NCBI GenBank assembly: GCA_030704615.1
Contig: CM060732.1
Span: forward strand, 53,010,001 to 53,074,000
Direction: 5' to 3'
DNA from: Takakia lepidozioides
Taxonomy: Eukaryota; Plantae; Bryophyta
DNA length: 64,000 bases
Under the pieces are notes generated by a model. That model saw only the letters and a list, made by a program, of their open reading frames with translations, did no database searches and had not been told where the DNA came from. This document shows, piece by piece, positions 26,201 to 36,025 of this stretch. The translations under genes were made by a program, and so were the position numbers. Within the stretch, counting starts at the first letter, position 1, and each line of letters starts with the position of its first letter.

Positions 26201-27243
26201 CTGATTTTATATGTGGAACAGGTCACCAAAAGACCTGAATGGGTGAATGGAAGCTAGCAAGCATATGCAACAGACCTGGTGGTCCTGGACATTCCAGATG
26301 GTCTGCCTGTGCCGGATGTCCTCCCATCGAACACAACACCATCGTGGAACAAGTCAGATGCCCTTTTCTGGCAGTGGGTTTTTTCCTTCAGCAACAAATT
26401 TTTGTCTGATGCAGGAGCACTTCTTCTTTTGCAGTCAAAAGACATGCTGGCGCGCAGAACCCTTTTCAGTTACATGAAAGCTTCCGGCTTTAAGGTCATC
26501 AAAACATGGACGTGTATCAACACTCTTCCACTTTCCAAGGGAGAGTTTCCAGGACAGAGAGTGAGTTCAGGATGGTGGACTGTCTCTTCTGCTAATTTCA
26601 TTCAGTTCAGTTCATTATGCGTGCTCGTGAACTGAATGTTTTGGGGGTGCAATGCAGACTCGGGTGTTCGAGGATTTATGCTTGGTAAGGATGCGAAATG
26701 ACACCCTCTCTCCCGGTATTGCGAGAGACCTTGCAGCACACATCGACCCCACCTGCGAGCCTGTGGGGGACAATGTCCTCTACAATTACGTGGACTCCGG
26801 GCGGACCATCAAAAGGACGCATGGTGTCCCTTGGAGAGGTGTTCGGGAGAAATCTCCAGCATTCATGCAGGTTCTGGTGGAGACTTGCAGCCGACATGGG
26901 GGGCGGGTGGTGGACTTGTCTTTGGGAACAGGTTCGCCCTGCCAAGTCTCCTGCTCTGCCGTATCGTTAATCTTGAATTTTGTAATGATTCTGGGTTTTC
27001 TGACCATTCGTTCTGTGCATTTGCAGGTGCAACTTTCCATACTTGTAAGAGCGCCGGTAGACACTTCTTCGGCATGGAGGGGGCTGCGGAGCTGTTTTCG
27101 TGCGAGATTCAATAACTCACCTCTGGCTCGGCATCAGCCCCACACAAGGAACCAGTTTTTGACGAATGGGAACTTCCAGATGAAGACCTCGACGTGGACT
27201 CTGTCTTTCAGCTTACTGGGCTTGCAACTTCGGGAATCTTTAG
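23296..27243 (+). pseudogene. Multi-exon gene: long unknown N-terminal region plus C-terminal beta-class N6-adenine/N4-cytosine DNA methyltransferase-like domain (with nonsense mutations)
   Basis: Approximate exons 23812-24000, 24098-24540, 24636-24867, about 25530-26090, 26222-26560, 26658-26931 and 27027-about 27243. DLVVLDIPDG (motif IV position) ...FSNKFLSDAGALLL precedes PWRGVREKSPAFMQVLVETCSRHGGRVVDLSLGTG/ATFHTCKSAGRHFFGME (motifs X, I, II). Stops at 25897, 25912, 26255 and 27113. The 5' and 3' limits are uncertain. Confidence 0.75.
25000..25444. repeat. Array of five 22-bp palindromes, consensus AACCTTGCGTYRACGCAAGGTT
   Basis: Copies at 25000-25021, 25096-25117, 25254-25275, 25329-25350 and 25423-25444, separated by unrelated AT-rich sequence. 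Confidence 0.93.
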
Positions 27244-28155
27244 AGGACAACAAAAACAAGGAGAAACATCCCATTCTTTGCTAACCTGGAATTTTTCCCG
27301 AGCCCAACTGCCCCCTTACGGTTGCCATGCTATGCGGAGGCTGCCGCTAGGAAGTTTACTCTCTGCGACTCCCCCCCTCTAGTTTGCTTCAATCGTGTGG
27401 AAAATGTGGACAGCAGGGCTAGGATCTTTATGGACACTAGTGCGTCGGAGTCCGGTGCTACCACAAGTTCTAGTGCATAGACATTTTCCGATTGGTTCCA
27501 CTTGTTTGGGAATATCTGGGGAATCAAATGTGGGGAGATTGCTTCTCTTCCTTCAATTGCGTGCCTCCCTTCCCAACATTGTCTACATAAGACATTTTCT
27601 GGACATAAAATTTTTCATCTTCACTTCCAAGTCCATTCATACAATCTCTGTGGGTCCACAATACTTCCAAACTTTAGACATATGTACGTATATTGTGCTT
27701 GCATCCAAAACATAAGTCCATCCATCAACTGTCCGAAATTCTACCATTCCAAGTTTGTCACTCCGTCATTCATCCAGTGTTCCAGCATATATCATCCATC
27801 ATTTGCCCCACCCTCAGCCATCATGCATGTAACATCCAACAAACATCCATCCACCATCCATCCAATATTTTTCATCCATCCACCATTCATCCAGCGTTCA
27901 TCCAACTTCACATCCATGTACGCATTACATTTACACTCGTTCCCACGGAAATAGGTCCCCTGGTTATCACCGTCCGCGGATGTGGGCCCCAACAACCTCT
28001 GGCGTGAGCATCTTTCCGCTCACGGATTGGCATCTTCTCGCTCGCGCATCTTCTTGCTCACGTGAGCCGCTCACCTAGCACCCCCCCTATGAAACAGTCT
28101 TAAAGAAAAAAAAATGTGAAGTGGCCTTCCACTTCGGCTATGGAGAAAATAGCTA

Positions 28156-31100
28156 TTTTTTTATTTTTTTTCTAAAAAATTAAAGGGGAATAGAGGCCCT
28201 TTTAATCAAATTAATTAAAAGTAGAGTCATAACAATGGAAAAAATAACCACTGCAGAGGCCGTGAGGACTTACTAGGGGGAAACTTCCCCGTAACTTTAG
28301 CAAAACAGCTAAAAGAGACGAAGGAGAGATCAGAGATTGTTTTATGAGTATTTGAAGGTAATTTGAAATGCTAAGAGGGGGGGTAGATGGGGAAGAACAT
28401 GGCGTAAGAGCAGACAAGGCAGATGAAATCCTGCTGCAGCTACTGATCCAGTTTTGCAGTATTGGTGCTCTAAGAACAATGTAAGGTGTTTTAGAACCGA
28501 GAAACAGGAGAGACAAAGAGGGTCGGCAGAAAGGCCCGCCAGAGGGGAGGCTCCAGCCTACGAGTTCGGAGCTGCAGACCGAGAGGCGAGCGATTGGTGC
28601 TTCAGTTGAGTTTTTAACTTTGTAACTCGAGCTCTCTTGTGACGCCAGTTGTAATCAGCCTCCTCCCCATCACCAGGGGACCTCCCATTGAGTGGGGATG
28701 GAGTCTTTCCAAGCAAAGCGGTTGTCGGGAAGACTGGTGCCGAGCAGGTTGCCTTTGCCCCAGGACTGCATGAAATCTTGAAATAGCTTCCTTCCTCGTT
28801 GTTTAGAAGATCTGGAAATAGCTGCACTCAACGAATCCCACGCTTTTCTCCCCTCAGTCAACAGATCATGAAAAATGTGGAACAAGACAGATCTGCCTCT
28901 AGGGGGCTTGCCCTCATAGACATAGGAACACCTTGACTTCCAGATATTCCATAAAATATGGGCTCTAAGCGAGGCCCACACTGGACAGAGGGTTTGCGCC
29001 TGACCTGGCACCATGTTGAGAAGCAACAAAGACTGAGGAGGAGGGGAGGGGTAGGAGGCCCAATGAGAGTAGAACCCCAAAACCTTTCTCCATATACTAC
29101 TCGAGAAATTGCAAGACAACAGGCAATGTTCCATGGACTCTGGTTCTTGCATACAGAGAGGGCAGGTAGGATTGTCTTGGTCTGTGGTTAGCTTGACTGG
29201 CAGGATTTTGTGGGTCAATTTCCATAGGAAACCCGAGACCTTTGCTGCCCTGTCTTTCCTCCAGACGTCCTTCTAGATTTTGGCCGAGTTAGACTGGGTG
29301 AACTGCAGATTGCTCCATTTTGAAGACCATCTTGCCAAAAAGGTGCGGGGCAGGTTGATGAGAGAGTAACCCAACTTGACCTTGTAGGCGAAAAATGGTG
29401 AATGTTTTTTGTCCATCCAATTCCACTCGTAGGGATCAAATTGCAGTTCCGCCAGTGGGCACTTGAGAAACCAGGTGAATGATTGATGGATGGCCCATTG
29501 AATTTCCATTCCATGCGGTGGCATGGGGTTGGCCTTTCCAAGCATATCCAGCACCCTGATATGGTATAGGTTCCGCTTGTCCAACGTTATTTCACCAGAG
29601 AATGCGAAGTTGCCAACACTGTCTGGTATGAACCCCAATCCTGTGGCCTCCATGTCATGAATTGCCAAAATTAGAGCCACTGTTACAGGATTGTATTGAT
29701 CCGATGCCATCCAGGCATGGAGAGTGCAATTGTCCCTGGTCTCATCCAGCAGTGGGAGCATGAACTGAGGGATCTGTGAGATGATTGTGTTCCAGGCTTT
29801 TGACCTTCTTTGCCCCACTATTCCAACAATGTCTTCCTCTTGAAGGAAATGTCCCTCAGATCTGGTGCTTGCAATGTGCGTAAAACCCTGTCCCTCCCAG
29901 AAGGCCCATGTGGGGGTTTGCCTTAGCAAGGAATCGGAGTCTATGTTATAGTTGAGAAATAGTGGTTGTCGCAGGCATTCCTGCAGCATTGTAGGCATTT
30001 TCTGGAAAAGATTACCTCTGAGCGTGTGCCAGGCTCTCCAGATTGATTGCCAAGGTTTGGAGCCCAACCCATCATTCGCGTTTCTGCCCTGCACTATCCA
30101 TCTCAGCGAGAAAGCCCAAAGGGGGGAGGATGTCGGTGTAGCTCCCATGAGGTATGGCTGAATTAGCTTGCTCCATGGGCTGTTGTAGTGCTTGATCGCT
30201 CTAGACACCCACTTTGCCAGTAAGGCCTTAATCTGTGAACCGGGGTCTATAATACCCAATCCCCCCTGGCTTCTCTTTTGGCACAACTGGTCCCAAGAGA
30301 CAAGGGCTCGTCTGATTGGAGTCGATGGGGTGGCTCCCCAGATAAAGTTACGTATGAACGCTTTAATTTCCTTGACGAGCACTGGTCCTGGATCCCAGAC
30401 TGTAGAATAGAACCAGGATGTCGATAGCAGTACTTGATTTGCCACCAAGGCCCTTCCCACGATGGATAGCATAATAGAGCTCCAATATGCCAATTTTGCT
30501 TTGAGCTTTTGTATGACCCATTTCATGATGGTTTGCAGTGTGAGTTTTAGCCCCATCTGGTGGCCCAACAGCGTATGACTTTCACCCTCCCTGAGCCATC
30601 TTAATCCAATGTCATGACCCCATAGTTGGCAGTGAGCGGCAAGACCTCCGTTCTGCAGTAGTGACAAAATTCCCACCGACTTGTTCCAATTGACCTTCAA
30701 GCCTGTTCCCAAGCAGAAAGTGTGAAGGGATTGCAGTGCTCTGTCAATGTTGCCTATTGACGAGTTGTCGAGCAGCATGGTTGTGTCATCTGCGTACATG
30801 GATATCTTGAGCATTTCGGGGCGGTAAGTTGGGAGGTGCAACCCAACAATGTCTGGCCTGTCCAGAAGGTGTCCGAGCGAGTCTGCAGCAATGAGGAAAA
30901 TGAAGGGTGCCAAGGGGCACCCTTGCCTCATAGATTTTGAAATTGGGAAGGAACCAGAGATGACCCCATTGATCATCATTCTGCTTGAGGCTGAGTGAAG
31001 AAGGATGTGAATCCAGGTAAGGAAAGGCCCACCTAGCCCTATCTTTTCTAGAGCTTGAAGCAAGAATGTCCAATCGATGGAATCAAATGCCTTTTCAAAG

Positions 31101-32327
31101 TCCAACATAAGGAAGGCCGGTGGTTGATTGTTTACCTCAACTCTGTGGAGTGCCTCACGAGCCAGCAATATATTGTCAAGGATCATCCTGTCTTGTAAAA
31201 AACCTGTTTGATCCTGCCTGATGATGCTGGAGAGGTGAGATTGCAACCTGAGAGCTAGGGCCTTGGCTATTATTTTGTAGGTGGAATTTAGGAGAGTGAT
31301 CGGTCTATAGTTGGCCATGTTATCCCTTTCTCCTTTCTTAAAGATGACAGTAATGAGGCCTTCTGAGATCTGAGAGGGCATCAACTTTTTGTCGAGGATG
31401 TCATTGGCCATTAGGAGGAATTCATCATCAATTGTGCTCCACAATGCCTTGAACAATTCTATGGGGAGCCCGTCTAACCCAGGTGATTTCATTGACACCA
31501 TTGACTACACTGCCAAGCCTAGCTCTTCCACTGTAAAGGGAGAAGCCAGCGCTGTTTTGACCCTTTGTGATACCAGGCATGGAATATGTTGTATGAGTGT
31601 AGCTCTAGCCTGGTCTTTTTCCTGTGAGGGTTGCTGTTGACAAAACAACCTCTGGAAATAATTTGCAGCAATCTCCGCCATGGATTTTGGGTTGTCAACC
31701 AGCAATCCTGAGGTTGGATCTTTCAGCGCAGGTACCAGTGTGGCATTTCAAATACGTGGTCCTCTGCAGTGTCGCCCCACATTTCACCCACTTTGCGCTT
31801 CCTGGCAAAACTCACCATGCTCAGAATCGCTTGTTAGCAAATATCAAGGAAGAAGGCGGAAGAAAAATCCCAGAGGCAGAAAGCACTGATTAGGTGCTTG
31901 AAGGTTTGCCAGTTCCAACTACAATTAGGGCGTGAAGGCCCTCAAACTCTGCTATCTTACAAAACGGCGAAAAGAAATCTCTCCCTACTGCAACACACAA
32001 AAGAACAGTTTATGAGAGTCAAGGCGGGGGTCAATTGGTCATTGAAAGGGGAAAAAATGACGAGGTATTTCTTTGTCAAAGCAGAGATCTTGGATGACAT
32101 GTGGATCCTTGAGGATGGATGGGTTCAATTTAAAGAAGCCCCTCCCCCGCACCCTGGAGTCCGGTGCATTGAGCTGCAGCTGAATTGCGGCGTGATCAAA
32201 CCCTGGCTGAATCGGCTCAATTTGAATTCTCTTGGACCAGCCAATGAGGGAGGTTGTGCAGTAAAACCTGTCCAGGCGGGCCTGACATAAATTTGGTGGC
32301 ACCCTGTTATTGGACCAGGTGAACTTA
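28156..32327 (-). mobile_element. 5'-truncated L1/Tx1-type LINE retrotransposon
   Basis: A-rich tail (T-run on + at 28156-28171) and TSD AGCTA (28151-28155 / 32328-32332). Endonuclease C-terminus (ARLDRFY...FDH...FFKLN), RT (KSPGLDGLP, NYRPITLLN..YKI, LDFEKAFD, RQGCPLAP, YADD) and C-terminal zinc finger (CPLC...ESMEHCLLSC). Confidence 0.95.
28670..32302 (-). pseudogene. LINE ORF2 (endonuclease remnant, reverse transcriptase, zf-RVT), disrupted
   Basis: ORFs 32039-32302, 31505-31705, 29273-31501 and 28670-29218, broken by stops or frameshift and by an inverted segment at about 31749-32080. Confidence 0.92.
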
Positions 32328-33183
32328 AGCTACTGACTTTGAGAAATTACATGGTATACCTTTTGTTGTAGGCGCCATTGATGGATCACATATACCAATT
32401 ATTGCTCCTCGATTGCACATAGCTGATTATTACAATAGAAAAGGATTTCATAGCGTGTTGCTACAGGGTGTTGTTACTAGCAAATGTGTGTTTTGGGATT
32501 ACGATATTGGTTGGGCAGGTAGCATGCACGATGCGAATATCTGGTCCCGTTCGGCCATAGGGCAATTTTGTGAAACTGGACGTCTCGCGCCTTATGCATT
32601 TGTAGGGGATGCAGCTTATCCAACACGTCCTTGGATGTTTTCACCCTTCAAAGGACATAAGGATGGGCTTACCCAAGAGTACTTCTGGAACTATGTACAA
32701 AGCTCAACCCGCATGTGTGTGGAAATAAGCTTTGGTTTATTGAAAGGGAGTTGGCGATTATTAATGAAGAGAATGGATATCTCACTCCAGCATGTCCCTG
32801 ACTTTGTAGCAACATGCATAATTCTGCACAACATATGTACATTACATGGAGACTCTTTTGAACAGCAGTGGATTACGGAGGCTGAAGAGGAAGTGCATAA
32901 CTCCCTACAAAATCCAACCCTACTATGACAAACCACAAAAGAGAGGGATGCAATAGCTTCGACCATTTTGGATGATCTTCAAGGAGTTCATAGAAATGTG
33001 GCAGATTATGTGGAGCGATTGAGGAAATCCGTGAATGACATTTTTCAAGTGAAAATGCAAAATCATGGCAAGACTCCCAAACAATTGGCTGAGAGGAGAA
33101 ATAGTATTGCAAAGTCATTGTTCAGTGCCAAGAAGAGGAAATTGATAGAACAACATGAGTGAAATTCTGTGAGCCGTTTGCTA

Positions 33184-34363
33184 TCACAGCTTTTCTGCTA
33201 GTTTAGCCATAGTACCATGCACATCTCTAAGTAATTCTAGTTTCGCATCCTCAGTAGCTTTTATAGTTTCTCTCATTTTCCTACCGCTTTCACGGACCTC
33301 GTTCAAACACTCAAGTAGGAGCTGGTCCTCTTTTTTCTTCTTCTCAGAACTTCTCTCAGACAATTTATCATAATTGACTTTGTTACTATCTTCCCTCTTC
33401 ACTGTTACCTCATCAAATACCACAGTGGCATTCAAACCCTCTGGCTCATGAGCACATCCGTGTGCATGAGTAATGACATTGGCTTGATCGTGCATATATT
33501 GATCTACCAAATCGAACCATTTGCACTTATCAGACTTGTCATTTCCAGAAATTCCATTGAGAGCCTTATCCTCCTTGTAGTCTTTGTAAATAACCTACCA
33601 CTTTTTTCGACATGCCTTATTGTCCTTTGCAAACTCGGGACACACTGCAACCAACTTCATGTGCAGACGTGACCAATTATCCACACCTGCACACCAAATA
33701 AACCATGGGGAATTATGACAAATCTTTCATGAATGACAATTAGGTTTTGCATAGTGGTTATAGGGATGAGTGACTAATGCCTGCTAATGGCTCACTGTAG
33801 GAATTCAGTTTGTTACGAGCTATACCAGACTGTCGTGTGGAAATATGGAAAACTGCAGATTACATTTGCATGCATAGGTTTTGCCAGTGACACTGAAGAG
33901 AATACATACTTTGTTTAGGTGGTGATGAAAACACATCTTGCATTTCTCCTCGCAAAGTGATAAGGTGGATCATCCAATGCTCCTTCCAAGGTCTGCCCTG
34001 CCGTATTTCTTCCAATTCGTTCTCCGTGAGATCCTCGATCCCTTTCTTTTTGGACACCCTTTTCTTCTTAGGTGCTGGAGCAACAGACCCATCGGCTTCC
34101 TTTTTGACGTTACGCGCCATTCTCTTTGGTGCAGCACCAGTCGTAGTTGAAGAAACAAGAGGTGGTGCTTGTGCCCAACTTGGGTGGAAATTGAATGGTC
34201 CCATGTTTGAGTAGAACATCTGTGGAAGATTTGGGTGAGGGTATTCACCCAACAATTGTGAAAATGAACCTGGTGTGTACATATTTGAAATCGCAGGTTG
34301 CACGAACTGATGACCATTCCCCTCTTCCAAGTCTATGACATGTACCTGCTCTGTGGGTTCCAT
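33184..34363 (-). pseudogene. Harbinger Myb/SANT (trihelix-like) DNA-binding protein gene
   Basis: Exons 34363-33910 and 33686-33184 (GTATGT...GTGCAG). Spliced product reads RPWKEHWMIHLITLRGEMQDVF...DNWSRLHMKL...KDNKACRKKW*VIYKDYKEDK...CKWFDLVDQYM, followed by a C-terminal coiled coil. One in-frame TAG near 33596. Confidence 0.85.
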
Positions 34364-36025
34364 GAGGCCTCCCAAACCCTATCGGGAAGACACATATCTT
34401 TCCGTAGTGACCTGTAGTGAAGAGCTTCGCGAAGAAGGAAGACGATGGTGGGCCCTGCATTTCAAGTCAAGACAAAACTTTTCAGAGACGCGCGACACTT
34501 CCGGCCGGAAGTGCCTGGAAGTGCTGCGGTTTCCAAAACCGTCCACGTCAGTAGACACATCACCTTCCGGTAGAACGTGCTTCCTCCCATGTGTTAGTGT
34601 GCGCTTTCCCCTCGGCCAATGGTCGTCTCCCATTCATCTCCATTGCCACTCGTGTGTCTACGCCCTTAGTGGAAACGTGTCAAAGGGTGGGGTAGGATAG
34701 GACACATGGGGTGTCTCTAGGGTCTTCTGGAAGGCCCCACCACCGCCTTGCGGGGTCTTCTCGAAGTCTCGGCCAGCGCCCCCTCCAAGGCCTATATAAG
34801 GGGCTGCTCGCCTCACTACTATACATATATATTGAGTATTTTAGTTAGTATTTAGGGGGCTCCCTCCATGGCTCAGAAACAAACAAGACCATAGCTAAAT
34901 TAGTAGAGTGAGTAGAAATGAGAGACTATAATGAGAGATTAGAATTAGAGATCAGTTTAGACATGTTAAGTTGTATGATGTAGAGGGTAAATATTGTGTT
35001 CAAGATTGAAAAATGTTTGGGATGAACATGAAAACTTTTAAATGTGGGGGCATGTCGACACGACGACGGTTGAAAATGGTCAAATATTGAGTTGAATGAT
35101 TTGTAGGTGTGACATACCGATTTGAGGTATAAATGACACTAGAGTGATAGCTTAGTAGTCAGGGGTTTTTGCCTTGCCTTGATTGTGCATAACCTAGGTG
35201 ATAAAGATAAAGATAAAGTTTTTTTTAACGTCCAGTGAATTTACAGAGCCTAATGCTCAACACACTGGCGGCCCAATGGACGGTCTGAAGGCACATGTTG
35301 ACGGATTGAACCCAGGATCACCGAGGTTATGCACAGGCAAGGCACAAATACCTACCTGATACGGGGTTCAATGTGTCCACCTTCCAAAGGAAGGCAATAG
35401 TCGCAAGTAGTCGTTCCAGTTGAACCACCATAAATTACACTTCCTTCCAGAGGCCTCAACATTTTTATCTTAGTTTTTGGTATGAAGGAATGGAAATCCA
35501 GATGCTCTTTTATGTTTGAGAGCTCTCGCCCAGCCTCAGATTGGTTCGATTCAAAAATTATGCTGATCTGATGGCTTTTGGGAGGAAGGGCGATGTTGGG
35601 GAATGCAAGGTTTGCTATTTTAATTTGATAGCAAGGGCCTTTGTCCCCTTCCCTTGCCACCACTGGGAAAGAAAGAAAAATTATGTAAGGTATATATAGA
35701 AATGTTCTTCATTTATTGGAAAGGTACAAACCGTATTTCTCAGGGCGGTGTTATGAAGGGCGACATTTGTGAGGCCGGTGTATGGCGGGCCGACCTCGAG
35801 GGGTGAGTGCGTGCTGGCAACGGGGTGTGAAGGCCTGCCTCTCCATAACCTGCACAACCACAGAGAGCCAGGGAGAGCGAGGACCCAGGGAGACAGGCGG
35901 AGGGAGGGATCAACGAGGAGGAGGAGGGGGAGGGAAGGCGGAGCGAGGCATGCTGGGCCTCCTCTGTGCCTGCTCTGCAAGGAATAAAACAAATCGGTAG
36001 GAGGATAGGGCAGGGTAAACCAGGC

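Larger units (their letters stand above)
22938..28086. mobile_element. Nested 5.15-kb non-autonomous DNA-transposon-like element (MULE-like by TSD length) carrying a DNA methyltransferase-like gene
   Basis: Flanked by CTATGAAAT (22929-22937) and CTATGAAAC (28087-28095), i.e. an 8-bp exact or 9-bp one-mismatch TSD. Ends GAGGGAAGCTAG and reverse complement GGGGGGTGCTAG. GTGAGC/GCTCAC clusters at both ends. GGATG(AAT) array on the left is mirrored by a CATCC array on the right. Confidence 0.85.
22673..33162 (+). pseudogene. Harbinger (HARBI1/ALP1-like) transposase split into three pieces: 22673-22936, 28095-28155, 32333-33162
   Basis: Piece 1: EFKARMRMSRGTFDFICSEV...DTNMRGAVPLETRVA...RLATGN...IADLYGVGISTSQKIC. 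Piece 2: QS*RKKNVKWPSTSAMEKIA. Piece 3: TDFEKLHGIPFVVGAIDGSHIPI...YYNRKGFHSVLLQGVV...GSMHDA...GDAAYP...STRMCVEISFGLLKGSW...CIILHN. The pieces rejoin in one frame once the insertions and TSDs are removed. In-frame stops at 28101 and 32926. Confidence 0.92.
21844..34783. mobile_element. Two-gene PIF/Harbinger DNA transposon, dead, carrying two nested insertions
   Basis: Convergent DDE_Tnp_4 transposase (+) and Myb/SANT gene (-), the canonical Harbinger layout. Ends are tentative: left GGGGGCTAGTGG...GAGAAGGACACGCAGGC, right reverse complement GGGGGCGCTGG...GAGAAGACCCCGCAAGGC. No clear TSD. Confidence 0.75.
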
